In this document: piece after piece, positions 36,028 to 46,004 of the stretch
Position numbering within the stretch: the first letter of the stretch is position 1
Layout of the letters: each line of letters starts with the position of its first letter
Assembly (NCBI GenBank): GCA_033763905.1
Contig: JANRJP010000029.1
Location: 1 to 53,534, forward strand
Length of the DNA stretch: 53,534 nucleotides
Direction: 5' to 3'
Source: Gemmatimonadaceae bacterium
GTDB taxonomy: Bacteria > Gemmatimonadota > Gemmatimonadetes > Gemmatimonadales > Gemmatimonadaceae
Translations under genes and position numbers: made by a program
Notes under the pieces: model-generated
Database searches by the model: none
Told to the model about the DNA's origin: nothing
The model's input: the letters and a program-made list of their open reading frames with translations, nothing else

Positions 36028-36420
36028 ATGTCGTTCCGTCCCCTGCTCTCCGCCACGCTTCTCGCCGTCCTGCTCACCGTCCCGGCAGCCGCCGCCGAGG
36101 CGCAGGACAAGGTCTACGCCCTCAGTGAAGTCAGCTCGCCGCCGAAGCTCGCCGCGCCCTCCGCAGCGCTTCGGGTGATTCAGTCGTCGTATCCGTCGGC
36201 GCTGAAGGCGCGCGGCGTGGCCGGCGAGGTCGAGTTGCAGTTCGTCGTGCTCCCGACGGGCAAGGTGGAGTCGGGATCCGTGGAAGTGCTCGACGCGTCG
36301 ATTCCGGAGTTCGCGGACGCGGCCAAGGGCGCCGTAGAGAAGCTGGAGTTCGTGCCGGCGAAGGTCGGCGCCAATGCGGTGCGGACGCGCGTGGTGCTGC
36401 CGATCGCGTATCGACCCTGA
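36028..36420 (+). CDS. Secreted stand-alone TonB C-terminal domain protein
   Basis: Signal peptide ending AEA-Q; YP..LKARGVAGEVELQFVV..GKV..VEV....F..AA..AV....F.PA. Confidence 0.85.
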   Translation: MSFRPLLSATLLAVLLTVPAAAAEAQDKVYALSEVSSPPKLAAPSAALRVIQSSYPSALKARGVAGEVELQFVVLPTGKVESGSVEVLDASIPEFADAAKGAVEKLEFVPAKVGANAVRTRVVLPIAYRP

Positions 36421-36449
36421 GCGACGACGGTCGCGCAGGTCGCAGCCAG

Positions 36450-36491
36450 TCACGGCGGCGCGGGCATTGGCCCGCGCCGCCGTGATGTTTT
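36450..36491 (+). terminator. Rho-independent terminator after the TonB-C gene
   Basis: Perfect 16-bp stem TCACGGCGGCGCGGGC/GCCCGCGCCGCCGTGA followed by TGTTTT. Confidence 0.85.
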
Positions 36492-36536
36492 CGGCTACTC
36501 CCTTGCTCGCCCCACCACGGGGGGCGAGCGTAGGGC

Positions 36537-38816
36537 GTGACAAGCGAACCGGACCGACCCGCGCCGCCACGTGTGGGGAACGGCGAGCGCGCAGCCGCTG
36601 AGCCGCCGCGACGTCGCACGTCGCTGCGCGTACGGTTGCTGGCGCTGGTGTTCATTGCAGGCCTGCCCGCGATCGCGACGGTCCTCCTGCGCGCGCGCAG
36701 CGACCGGGCCACGGCGATTCGACGCGTCAACGATCAGTTGACGCAACTGGTGCGAGACGCCGCGCGTGAGCAGCAACGGGTCCTCAGCAGCGGCCAGGCG
36801 GTGCTCCGCGCGTGGACCCAAGTGCAGGACATCGTCTCCGGCGACCGCGCGGCGTGCGAGCGTGCGTTCGCGCGCCTGCGGCCGGACTCTTCCGATCTCG
36901 TCTTTCCGACGCGGGTCTCCGCGCGCGGCATCCTGGACTGCGGGGGCACCGCCTCGACGTCGATCGGCCTGGATCTGTCGACCGAGCCCCTGTTTGACCG
37001 TGTCCTGACGTCGGACAGCACGATGATCGGTGAGTACCTCCGCAGCACGGTGCTCCCCGAGCCGCTCGTCGCGCTCAACGCCAAGCTCCGGGACCCGCGC
37101 GGTCGGGTCACGGGCATCTTGTCGGTGGGGATGCGGATGCGCTGGGTCTCGGAGCTGGCCGAGCGCGTGGGCGTCACGCGCGGCGCCGTCGTGCTGCTGG
37201 TCGACGAAACCGGGCTGATTCTGGCTCGGCACCCAGACGCCGGACTCGTCGGCACGGTGCATCCGGAGGGCACGATCGCCACGAGTCTTCGCGTGGGAAA
37301 GTTGGCCGGCTTCCAGGATGCGCGAAGCCGGGACTCCGTGCCGCGCCGAATCGCGTTCGCGCGCTTGCCGGGACCGCCAACCAAACGCGTCGCGATTGGT
37401 GTGGGTGTCCCCGTTGCCGAAGTGACGGCCGCGGCGGATGCCCGGCTCCGTCAGTCGCTGGCGTTGTTGCTCGCATCGATGGCCGCGGCTGCGCTGGTGG
37501 CGTGGTGGGCGGCCGATCGCCTGATTCTGCGCGATATGCGCGCGCTGATCGGCGCGGCGGATCGTATCGGCACCGGCGACTTCTCGTCGCGGAGCGGTGT
37601 GCGGGATGCCCCCGAAGAGGTGCAGCGCCTGTCGACCGCGATCGACCAAATGGCCAGACGACTCGGTGAGCGCGAGGAGCGCCAACTGCAGGCCCAGAAG
37701 CTGGAGTCGATCGGGCGCTTGGCGGGTGGCATCGCCCACGACTTCAACAATCTGCTCACTGCAATCACGGGCAACGTCGAGGACGTGCGCGACGGGCTTC
37801 CGCCGGGCTCTCCCGAGCGGGAAAGTCTGGATCTCGCACTCGACGCGACGCGTCGCTCGGGCGCCCTCACGCGGCAGTTGCTAACCTTTGCGCGGCGCGA
37901 TGCGCTGCAAGCGACGCCGATGGCCTTGGGCCCGGTCGCCGAGGAAACCGCGGTACTCCTGCGCCGAACCCTCGGCACGTCGATCACGGTCGAGGTGCGC
38001 TCGGATGAGACGCGTTTGGCGGCCATCGATCGAGGCCGCGTCGAGCAGATTCTCGTGAACCTGGCCCTCAACTCCCGTGACGCGATGCCCGACGGCGGAC
38101 GCCTAGTGCTCGAGATTGCGGATGTCACGCTGCGCGAGCCGGCGCGCGGCGTGACCGCGGGAGACTGGGTGCGGCTCGATGTAACCGACACCGGCATCGG
38201 GATGCCGCCCGCCGTGAAAGCACGGCTCTTCGAGCCCTTCTTCACGACCAAGGCGCCGGGCCAAGGGACCGGCTTGGGGCTCTCGATGGTCTATGCGACG
38301 ATGCAACAGCTGGGGGGGAGCGTGACGGTGGAGTCGGCCCCCGGCCGTGGCACCACGATGTCGCTGTGGTTTCCCGCGGCCGACGCGAACGCGCGCCCGG
38401 CCGAATCGGCGTCTGCGACGCGGCCGGTCCGCGGCCGCACCGTCGGCGCCGGACGGATTCTGCTCGTGGAAGATGAATCGTCGGTGCGCACGCTCGCCGC
38501 GCGCGTGTTGCGTCGCGAGGGGTACACGGTCATCGAGGCGGACGATGGCGCCGCGGCCTTGCAGTGCATTGGCGATGAAGGCGTGGATGCCTTCGATGTG
38601 CTGATCACCGATCTCGTGATGCCGCGTCTCGGTGGCGTCGCGCTCACCGAAGCCATCCGGACGCGCCGCCCCACGATGCCGGTCGTCCTGATGTCGGGAT
38701 TCGTCGGCTCCGAGCGTCCACAGGCGCTGTTGCAGCTGCCGCGCACGGTGCTGCTCGAGAAGCCATTCGCGCTGACCGCCTTGCTGGACGCCGTGACGAC
38801 CGTGCGCCGCGAGTAG
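36537..38816 (+). CDS. Hybrid sensor kinase (TM, Cache-like, TM, HAMP, HisKA, HATPase, REC)
   Basis: [58 protein letters not shown]. Confidence 0.93.
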   Translation: MTSEPDRPAPPRVGNGERAAAEPPRRRTSLRVRLLALVFIAGLPAIATVLLRARSDRATAIRRVNDQLTQLVRDAAREQQRVLSSGQAVLRAWTQVQDIVSGDRAACERAFARLRPDSSDLVFPTRVSARGILDCGGTASTSIGLDLSTEPLFDRVLTSDSTMIGEYLRSTVLPEPLVALNAKLRDPRGRVTGILSVGMRMRWVSELAERVGVTRGAVVLLVDETGLILARHPDAGLVGTVHPEGTIATSLRVGKLAGFQDARSRDSVPRRIAFARLPGPPTKRVAIGVGVPVAEVTAAADARLRQSLALLLASMAAAALVAWWAADRLILRDMRALIGAADRIGTGDFSSRSGVRDAPEEVQRLSTAIDQMARRLGEREERQLQAQKLESIGRLAGGIAHDFNNLLTAITGNVEDVRDGLPPGSPERESLDLALDATRRSGALTRQLLTFARRDALQATPMALGPVAEETAVLLRRTLGTSITVEVRSDETRLAAIDRGRVEQILVNLALNSRDAMPDGGRLVLEIADVTLREPARGVTAGDWVRLDVTDTGIGMPPAVKARLFEPFFTTKAPGQGTGLGLSMVYATMQQLGGSVTVESAPGRGTTMSLWFPAADANARPAESASATRPVRGRTVGAGRILLVEDESSVRTLAARVLRREGYTVIEADDGAAALQCIGDEGVDAFDVLITDLVMPRLGGVALTEAIRTRRPTMPVVLMSGFVGSERPQALLQLPRTVLLEKPFALTALLDAVTTVRRE

Positions 38817-38826
38817 CCGAACGACA

Positions 38827-38861
38827 CACGGCGCCCGATCCGCGAGGGACCGGGCGCCGTG
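38827..38861. terminator. Hairpin between the convergent kinase and rpsA genes
   Basis: CACGGCGCCCG/CGGGCGCCGTG 11-bp stem with an extendable inner stem. Confidence 0.7.
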
Positions 38862-38884
38862 CGACTGGTGCAGGACCGTGAGGG

Positions 38885-40660
38885 TTACTCCTCGATGTCG
38901 CCGGTCACTTCGAGTTCGTCGTCCTTGTGGATCTTCACCGTCTCCGGACGCGGCGGCTGCTCGGCCGGGATGTTCGTGACGGTCAGCACGATGCGACGGT
39001 GGATCGGATCGACTTCGAGAATCTTGAGGTCGAGGAACATCCCGTCGTACACGACTTCCGCCGGCGAGGTGATCGCCTTCGGCGACGGCAACTGCGAGAT
39101 CGGCACGAAGCCTTCGAGGTCGTTGCCCATATCGGCGACCACGCCCTTCTCCATCAGCCGCGCGACGGTGCCGCGGAGCTCGGTGCCGACCGGGTAGGTC
39201 TCACCGATCTTGAGCCACGGATCTTCCGAGGCCTGCTTGAGGCCGAGGGAGATGCGCTTGTTCTCGCTGTCGATGTTGAGGATGACGACGTTGACCGAGT
39301 CACCCTTCTTCACCACTTCCGACGGATGCTGGACGCGCTTGGTCCAGGACATATCGGAGATGTGGACGAGGCCGTCGATGCCCGGCTCGATTTCGACGAA
39401 GGCGCCGAACGAGGTCAGGTTGCGGACCTTGCCTTCGAGGCGCGTGCCGACCGGGTACTTGAGCGGCAGCACCATCCACGGATCCTGCTCGGTCTGCTTC
39501 ATACCGAGCGAGATCTTCTCTTCGTTCGGATCGACCTTGAGCACGACCGCTTCGATCGCCTCGCCAATGCTGACGAGCTTCGACGGGTGGCGGACATTGC
39601 GCGTCCAGCTCATTTCCGAGATGTGCACGAGCCCTTCGATGCCCGGCTCGAGCTCGATGAAGGCGCCGTAGTTCGTGATGCTGACGACCTTGCCCGAGAC
39701 GCGCGTGCCGACCGGGTAGCGGGCGGCGACGTCCTTCCACGGGTAGGCCTGGAGCTGCTTGAGGCCGAGCGAGATGCGCTCGCGCTCCCAGTCGATGTCG
39801 AGGACCTTGATCTCGAGCTCCATCCCGATCTGGACCATCTCGGTCGGATGCTGGATGCGGCCCCAGGACATATCGGTGATGTGAAGCAGGCCGTCGACGC
39901 CACCGAGGTCGATGAACGCCCCGAAGTCGGTGATGTTCTTGACGACGCCCTTCCGCACCTGATCCTTCGCGAGCTCCTTCATCAGCTTCTCGCGCTTGCC
40001 GGCGCGTTCCTGCTCGAGGATCACGCGGCGCGACACGACGATGTTGCGGCGGCGCTTGTTGAGCTTGATGATCTTGAATTCGTACTTCTGGCCGAGGAGC
40101 TCGTCGATGTTCGGGACGCGACGGAGCGCGATCTGCGAACCCGGCAGGAAGGCCTCGACGCCCATCAGGTCGACGACGACACCACCCTTGATCTTCTTGA
40201 CCAGGGCGCCTTCGACCGGCTGATCGGACTCGTACGCGACGCGGATGCGCTCCCAGACGCGCATGAAGTCGGCCTTCTTCTTCGAGAGGACGACCGCGCC
40301 GTTCTGGTCTTCGAGGTTCTCGAGGAGGACTTCGACGACGTCACCGGCCTTGAGCTCGGGCAGGTCGCGGAATTCTTCGACGGGAATCGCGCCTTCGGAC
40401 TTGAAGCCGACATCGAGGATCACGAGGTTGTCGCGGATCTCGAGGACGGTCGCCGACACGATTTCGCCTTCGTCGATCGAGGCCATCGTGCCGTTGTACA
40501 TCTCCATCATCGCTTCGAGCTCATCCGCCGAGTAATCGTCCTCGTCGTAGAGTTCGGGGCGGAGATTGGCGAGCGGGCGCAGCTGCGCCTTCTGCATCTT
40601 CTGCCGTTCGCGCGCCGAGATCGTGGCGGCGGTGGGCTCAGGAGCCGTGGGAGCGGACAT
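38885..40660 (-). CDS. rpsA: 30S ribosomal protein S1
   Basis: Six S1 repeats (DVGFKSEG, AFLPGSQI, FGAFIDLGGVDGLLHITDMSW, etc.); ATG at 40660. Confidence 0.97.
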   Translation of the reverse strand: MSAPTAPEPTAATISARERQKMQKAQLRPLANLRPELYDEDDYSADELEAMMEMYNGTMASIDEGEIVSATVLEIRDNLVILDVGFKSEGAIPVEEFRDLPELKAGDVVEVLLENLEDQNGAVVLSKKKADFMRVWERIRVAYESDQPVEGALVKKIKGGVVVDLMGVEAFLPGSQIALRRVPNIDELLGQKYEFKIIKLNKRRRNIVVSRRVILEQERAGKREKLMKELAKDQVRKGVVKNITDFGAFIDLGGVDGLLHITDMSWGRIQHPTEMVQIGMELEIKVLDIDWERERISLGLKQLQAYPWKDVAARYPVGTRVSGKVVSITNYGAFIELEPGIEGLVHISEMSWTRNVRHPSKLVSIGEAIEAVVLKVDPNEEKISLGMKQTEQDPWMVLPLKYPVGTRLEGKVRNLTSFGAFVEIEPGIDGLVHISDMSWTKRVQHPSEVVKKGDSVNVVILNIDSENKRISLGLKQASEDPWLKIGETYPVGTELRGTVARLMEKGVVADMGNDLEGFVPISQLPSPKAITSPAEVVYDGMFLDLKILEVDPIHRRIVLTVTNIPAEQPPRPETVKIHKDDELEVTGDIEE

Positions 40661-40751
40661 TGTGCGGGGGGCGCGGAGGGTGTCGGCTCGCCGCGCGGCG
40701 AGGATTCGGGTTGAGGCGTCGCGAACCGGCCTGTACCGGGGCGAGCCTTGC

Positions 40752-40780
40752 AATATCGCGGGTTTGGACGGGGGGTTCAA
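40752..40780 (-). promoter_or_regulatory. Sigma70-like promoter of rpsA
   Basis: TTGAAC-N17-GATATT. Confidence 0.6.
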
Positions 40781-40816
40781 GGGTTTTCGCGCGGTCCTTC
40801 TAGGGGTGGCAAGGGC

Positions 40817-40853
40817 GGGACTGGAGGACGCGGAGGGACGGAGGGGCACGGAG
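40817..40853. repeat. GGAGG-rich dispersed repeat, copy 2 (no inverted arm)
   Basis: 34/37 identity to 19081-19117. Confidence 0.8.
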
Positions 40854-40857
40854 GGGG

Positions 40858-41472
40858 CTAGAACGCCTTCGCAAGGCGGCTGTCGCCCAGGGGGCCTTGG
40901 GTGGTGTAGAACTCCAGGAACGACATCAGGAGCGGGTGCCAGCGATTCGGGTCCAGATGGTGGCGATGCTCGGAAGACACGAGCGTTTCGTCCCAGAGGG
41001 TCCGCTCGATTCGGACCTCGACCGCAGCGTGGACCTTGCCCTCGCCGACCACCAGCTGGCTGGCGACGCGCCCTTCGAGCACGATGCGGGCTTCGGCGAC
41101 TCGCGGCGGGGATACGCGCTCGGAGGGCGCGGGCGTTAGGCCGGCGTGCGCGAACTTGTCTCGGACGGTCACCGTGCCGATCGCCGCCTTGTACGCGGGC
41201 ACGGGATCCGATCCCGTCGTGAGCGCGAGGCGATCGACGGCCGGCGCCAGCTCCGCCGAGGCCAGATTGATAACGACTTCGCCGGTGCGCGCCAGGTTCT
41301 CGAAGGTGCGTCCCTGTGTGGAGAGGCCAAGCACCGCCACCTGCCCGAGCCACCAGATGGACGACATCGGGGCGAGGTTCGGGGTGCCGTCAGGGTTGAG
41401 CGTCGACAGCAGCGCGACGGGCGTGCCGTAGTAGTGGATCTTCGTGGTGACCGACTGATGAACGGGGCGCAT
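40858..41472 (-). CDS. Flavin reductase-like FMN-binding split-barrel protein
   Basis: YYGTPVALLST.N.DG..NLAPMSS, T.ENL.RTGEVVINL, DKF..AGLT, PPRVAE. Confidence 0.85.
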   Translation of the reverse strand: MRPVHQSVTTKIHYYGTPVALLSTLNPDGTPNLAPMSSIWWLGQVAVLGLSTQGRTFENLARTGEVVINLASAELAPAVDRLALTTGSDPVPAYKAAIGTVTVRDKFAHAGLTPAPSERVSPPRVAEARIVLEGRVASQLVVGEGKVHAAVEVRIERTLWDETLVSSEHRHHLDPNRWHPLLMSFLEFYTTQGPLGDSRLAKAF

Positions 41473-41559
41473 CGCGGCAGGCTCGAGGTGGCGGTGGTTT
41501 AACCGCCTCCAACGTCGCCGGCGGTGTGCCGGCCGCCCACCCGATTCTTGCGCGACCTG

Positions 41560-42225
41560 TCAGTGCGGCCGCGCCGCGGCCCGCGCGAGCGCCACGATGC
41601 GCTCGACCTGCTCCGGCTGGGTCAGGTACGTCGTGTCGATGAGCACCGCATCCCGCGCCTGCACCGTCTGCGTGGCATCAGCCGCGTCACGCTTCACGAG
41701 CGCCTCGGTCTCCTGCGCAATCTCGTCGTCTGCCGGCGGTCGCCCGAGACGCTGGAGCAATCGCCGACGGGCCCGTTCCCACGAGTCGGCGACCAGGAAC
41801 ACCTTCACCGACGCGTCCGGGAACACGGCCGTGCCCATATCGCGCCCGTCGACGACGACATCGTGGTCACGAGCGGCGGCACGGACCTGGTCGTTGACCC
41901 ACGCGCGAACGCCCGGCATCTGGGCCACGCGCGAGACCTGCGCCGTGACGGCCGTCCCGCGAATCTCATCGTCGCAGGGCTGGCCGTCGAGCGTCGGTGC
42001 GACGCTGGTGCCCGCATCGCGACGCCCGACCGCCGACGCGGCAGCCAAGACCGCCGCTTCCGTCCAGCTGTCGGGCGAGCCGGCGCTGCGCATCGCGGCC
42101 GCCGTGGCCGCGCGATAGAACGCGCCGCTGTCCACGTGGCGCCACTGCAGTTCGCGGGCAACCCACTGGGCGGTGGAACTCTTTCCCGACGCGGCGGGAC
42201 CATCAATGGCGACGACGTGCGGCAC
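41560..42225 (-). CDS. cmk: Cytidylate kinase
   Basis: AIDGPAASGKS, DSGAFYRA, VDGRDMGTAVFPDA; GGAG RBS before the GTG. Confidence 0.95.
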   Translation of the reverse strand: MPHVVAIDGPAASGKSSTAQWVARELQWRHVDSGAFYRAATAAAMRSAGSPDSWTEAAVLAAASAVGRRDAGTSVAPTLDGQPCDDEIRGTAVTAQVSRVAQMPGVRAWVNDQVRAAARDHDVVVDGRDMGTAVFPDASVKVFLVADSWERARRRLLQRLGRPPADDEIAQETEALVKRDAADATQTVQARDAVLIDTTYLTQPEQVERIVALARAAARPH

Positions 42226-42260
42226 GAAGACTCCAACAGGGACGTGAGGACCTTGGGAAT

Positions 42261-43535
42261 CTACTGCTGGACGCGCGCGAGGTCGTCCCAGAATCCGGGA
42301 TAACTCACCGACACGCAATCGCGATCGTCGATCACGATCCCTCCGCCCGAGACGGCCCCCAGCATACCGAAGGCCATCGCCAAGCGATGGTCCCCGTGCG
42401 TCTCCACCGTGCCAACCAGCGGACGATCCGAGCCGACGACACGCAGGCCGTCGTCGAACTCGTCGGCCTCGACGCCGAGCCGTTGCAGATTGGCGACCAC
42501 CGCACGGATCCGATCGCTTTCCTTCCCGCGCAACTCGGCGGCGTCCCGAATGCGCGTTTCGCCCTGTGCCCGCGCGGCCACGCAGGCCAGCAGGGGCAAC
42601 TCGTCGATCATCGTGGGAATCGCGGCGCCGCGCACCTCGACCCCGCGCAGGGTCGCTGGTGTGGCAACCAAAGTGCCGACCGGCTCGCCCCCCGCGATGC
42701 GTTCGTCCTCGCGGCGCAGCGTGGCCCCCATCGCGCGGAGGGTGTCGAAAAACCCGGTACGCGTCGCATTCAGGCAGACGTCGGTGAGCACCAGCGACCC
42801 GGCGGTCGCCAGCACGGCGAGCGCGGCGAAGAAGGCCGCCGACGAGGGATCGGCGGGGACGGCGACATCGATGGGCCTCAAGCGCTCGACCGGTGCCAGG
42901 GTGACCGTGGTGCCGCGTCGCGACAGCGCCGCCCCCATCGCGGTGAGCATCCGCTCGGTGTGGTCGCGCGACAGTTCGGGTTCGCTCACCGTCACCGACA
43001 CGCCGGCGGCGAGCCCCGCCAAGAGCACCGCGCTTTTCACCTGCGCACTGGCGGTCTCGCTCCGCCACTCGATGCTGCGCAAGTCGCCGCCGCGGACGGT
43101 CATCGGGAGCCCTTCCCCCTTGCCGCCACCGAACGAGACCACGGCGCCCATCGCCTCCAAGGGCTTGGCGACGCGCTTCATCGGACGACGACTCAGACTC
43201 GCGTCACCGACGAAGGTGCTCTCGAACGGATACGCTGCGGCGAGACCGGCGACCAGCCGCGTGGTCGTTCCGGAATTGCCACACTCAAGCGGGTCACTGG
43301 GTGGCACAAAACCGCGTCGGCCGACACCGCGCACGAGCATCTCGGTACCGACCGACGGCAGATCGACGCCGTAGGCCCGCAACACGCCGGCGGTCGAGCG
43401 CACGTCGGCGCCGGTCAGGAGTCCGGTGACACGGCTCTCGCCGGTCGCCAGCGCGCTCAGCAGCAGCGCGCGATGGCTGATCGACTTGTCTCCAGGTACC
43501 CGGAGGACGCCGTCGACTCGGGTCAGCGCAGCCAC
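42261..43535 (-). CDS. aroA: 3-phosphoshikimate 1-carboxyvinyltransferase (class II EPSPS)
   Basis: [45 protein letters not shown]. Confidence 0.97.
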   Translation of the reverse strand: MAALTRVDGVLRVPGDKSISHRALLLSALATGESRVTGLLTGADVRSTAGVLRAYGVDLPSVGTEMLVRGVGRRGFVPPSDPLECGNSGTTTRLVAGLAAAYPFESTFVGDASLSRRPMKRVAKPLEAMGAVVSFGGGKGEGLPMTVRGGDLRSIEWRSETASAQVKSAVLLAGLAAGVSVTVSEPELSRDHTERMLTAMGAALSRRGTTVTLAPVERLRPIDVAVPADPSSAAFFAALAVLATAGSLVLTDVCLNATRTGFFDTLRAMGATLRREDERIAGGEPVGTLVATPATLRGVEVRGAAIPTMIDELPLLACVAARAQGETRIRDAAELRGKESDRIRAVVANLQRLGVEADEFDDGLRVVGSDRPLVGTVETHGDHRLAMAFGMLGAVSGGGIVIDDRDCVSVSYPGFWDDLARVQQ

Positions 43536-44410
43536 CCTTCGAGCGCCGTCGCGAGATCGGTCTTCTCGTCGCGGTACTTCACGATGACCGGTGTCTGCAG
43601 CGACAGCCCCTCGGCCGCCGCCCACGCGCCCTTCACCGCGCGCGCCCCCGGCACGACCACCGCGCCCGCAGGAATCTCGAGCGGCGCGTCCGCGGACCCA
43701 CGGTGCACCATCTCGCGCACCAAGTCGAAGACCGGCGTCCCGCGCGTCAGAATCACGCCGGCGGCGAGGACCGCCTTCTCGCGGACGACCGTGCCCTCGT
43801 ACACGCCGCAGTTGCCGCCCACCATCACGTCGTCCTCAATCACGACCGGGCTCGCGTTCACGGGCTCCAGCACGCCCCCGACCTGTGCCGCCGCACTCAA
43901 ATGCACGCGTGCGCCGATCTGCGCGCAGCTGCCCACCAGCGCGTGGCTGTCAATCATCGTGCCCTCCCCCACGTACGCACCGACGTTCACGTACATCGGC
44001 GGCATACACACGACGCCCTTCGCGAGGTACGCGCCGCGACGCACGGCCGAGCCGCCGGGCACGACGCGCACGCCGTCCGCGACGTCGAAGGTGCGTACGG
44101 GGTAGGTGTGCTTGTCGACGAACGTGAAACCCGAATCGGGCGCGTTGTGGCCGGCGGGCGGTGCGGGATGTGGCGCGTAGCGCACCAGCGTGCCATACCG
44201 GAAGCCGAGCAGAATGCCGCGCTTGACCCACGGCACCGCACGCCACTGCCCATCGGCCGTCCGTTCCGCCGCACGAAGCGTCCCGTGTTCGAGGTGCGCG
44301 AGCAGCTCTTTGACGACCCACTGCGTACGGTCGGGGAGCGGTGCGCCGGCGGGCGTCGCGACCAGCGATTCGATGTCGGCCGCGAGTTCGGCCAGCGGAC
44401 GTTGACTCAC
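43523..44410 (-). CDS. dapD: Tetrahydrodipicolinate N-succinyltransferase
   Basis: [46 protein letters not shown]. Confidence 0.93.
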   Translation of the reverse strand: MSQRPLAELAADIESLVATPAGAPLPDRTQWVVKELLAHLEHGTLRAAERTADGQWRAVPWVKRGILLGFRYGTLVRYAPHPAPPAGHNAPDSGFTFVDKHTYPVRTFDVADGVRVVPGGSAVRRGAYLAKGVVCMPPMYVNVGAYVGEGTMIDSHALVGSCAQIGARVHLSAAAQVGGVLEPVNASPVVIEDDVMVGGNCGVYEGTVVREKAVLAAGVILTRGTPVFDLVREMVHRGSADAPLEIPAGAVVVPGARAVKGAWAAAEGLSLQTPVIVKYRDEKTDLATALEGWLR

Positions 44411-45291
44411 GACAGCGCTCCCGCCGCGACGAGCGCGGCACGAATGACGGGTTCGTGCTGCTTGTCCACCGGCACCAACGGCAGCCTCACGTGATTGGCA
44501 ATCTTGCCCATCATCGTCAGCGCGGCCTTGACCGGCAACGGATTCGATTCGACGAAGGCGGCATCGAACCACGGGAGCAAGCGGAAGTGCAGGCCGCGGG
44601 CCTCGTCGAAGCGCCCTGCGGCCAGCGCGTCGGCGAGTTGCGCCATCAGGCGCGGGGTCGCGTTCGACACCACCGAGATCACGCCGTCGCCACCGGCGGC
44701 CATCAGCGGCAGCGTGAAGGCGTCGTCGCCGGAGAGCACAGCGAAGTGCGCCGGGCGCTCGGCGAGGATCGCGTTCATCTGGCCCCAGTTGCCCGACGCC
44801 TCCTTGATCGCGACGACGTTCGGAACCTGTGCCAGCGCCAGCGTGGTGCGCGCGTCGATGTTCGACCCGGTGCGCCCCGGCACGTTGTACGCGCAGATCG
44901 GAAGGGCCGTGGCATCAGCCACGCGACGGAAGTGCTCGAGAATCGCGCGTTGCGGGGGCTTGTTGTACATCGGCGAGACGTGCAGCAGATGCGTGGCCCC
45001 TGCGGCCGCCATCTCCTTCGACATCGCGACGGCCCGCGCCGTGTCATTGGACCCGGCACCGGCCATCACCGGAACACGGCCGCGCGCCTGATCGACCACG
45101 ATCTCGACGACGCGCCGCTGCTCCGCTGGCGTCTGTGTGGCCGCTTCGCCCGTGGAGCCGACGGGGACGAGAAAGTGGATCCCCTCGGTGATCTGCCACT
45201 CCACCAACGCGCGCAGCGCTGGCTCGTCGATCGTCCCACCCGCCGTGAACGGCGTCACCAGCGCCGTCCCGCATCCCCGCAGTCGTGTCAT
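44407..45291 (-). CDS. dapA: 4-hydroxy-tetrahydrodipicolinate synthase
   Basis: ALVTPF, GSTGE, YNKP, YNVPGRT, IKEASG, LSGDD, ESNP.PVK. Confidence 0.96.
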   Translation of the reverse strand: MTRLRGCGTALVTPFTAGGTIDEPALRALVEWQITEGIHFLVPVGSTGEAATQTPAEQRRVVEIVVDQARGRVPVMAGAGSNDTARAVAMSKEMAAAGATHLLHVSPMYNKPPQRAILEHFRRVADATALPICAYNVPGRTGSNIDARTTLALAQVPNVVAIKEASGNWGQMNAILAERPAHFAVLSGDDAFTLPLMAAGGDGVISVVSNATPRLMAQLADALAAGRFDEARGLHFRLLPWFDAAFVESNPLPVKAALTMMGKIANHVRLPLVPVDKQHEPVIRAALVAAGALS

Positions 45292-46004
45292 TCGGTCACC
45301 GGATCAAGGCCCAACACGTGCCGCATCGAAAACACCCCGCGACGCCCCACCAGCCAGCGCGCCGCGGCCAACGCCCCGTCGGCAAACACGCGACGATCCC
45401 GCGCTTCGTGCACGAGGCGCACTTGCTCGAACGGTGCATCGAGAATCAACTCGTGCGTGCCCGGCACGGCGCCGGTGCGCACGCTGGTCACCGGCACCTC
45501 ACGCCCCAAGCCGCGCGCGGCCGCTGCGGCGAGCGCGAGCCCCGTCCCACTCGGGGCATCGAGCTTGGCGCGATGGTGAATGTCCAGCAGGTGCGCGTCC
45601 ACGCCCGGCATTGCGGCGAATCGGCGCGCCGCCTCTTCGACCACGGCGGTGAAGAGCACCACGCCGGGCGAGAAATTCGGCGCGTGGAGCAACGCGCCGT
45701 TCGTCTCGCGTGCCGCGGCTTCGACGGCGTCGCGGGCGGCGCTCCAGCCCGTCGTCCCGACCACGACGGGAACGCCAGCGGCCAGGCAGGCCATCGCGTT
45801 CGCCGGCGCGGCATCGGGCACGCTGAACTCGATCGCCACCTGCGCGCCGGCCAGTGAGGTGGCATCGAGGGGTCGCCCCGCGGCATCGCCCTGCGCGCCG
45901 AACTGCGCGACCACGTCGAAACCGCGTTCGGCGGCCAGCGCCGCGACAGCGCGCCCCATCTTGCCGTCGCCGATGATGGCCAGCTGCAACCGGGCGTTCG
46001 TCAC
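45288..46004 (-). CDS. dapB: 4-hydroxy-tetrahydrodipicolinate reductase
   Basis: G.GKMG, VVGTTG, APNFS.G, HHRAKLDAPSGT, FA.GAL.AA. Confidence 0.95.
   Translation of the reverse strand: MTNARLQLAIIGDGKMGRAVAALAAERGFDVVAQFGAQGDAAGRPLDATSLAGAQVAIEFSVPDAAPANAMACLAAGVPVVVGTTGWSAARDAVEAAARETNGALLHAPNFSPGVVLFTAVVEEAARRFAAMPGVDAHLLDIHHRAKLDAPSGTGLALAAAAARGLGREVPVTSVRTGAVPGTHELILDAPFEQVRLVHEARDRRVFADGALAAARWLVGRRGVFSMRHVLGLDPVTE

Noticed and set aside
40661..41353. Extended 822-aa rpsA frame (likewise the long cmk, lysC, asd, mrdA, rodA, dxr and dut starts in the ORF track)
   Set aside because: The extensions overlap genuine upstream genes or promoters; downstream starts with NTGA coupling or an RBS fit better.
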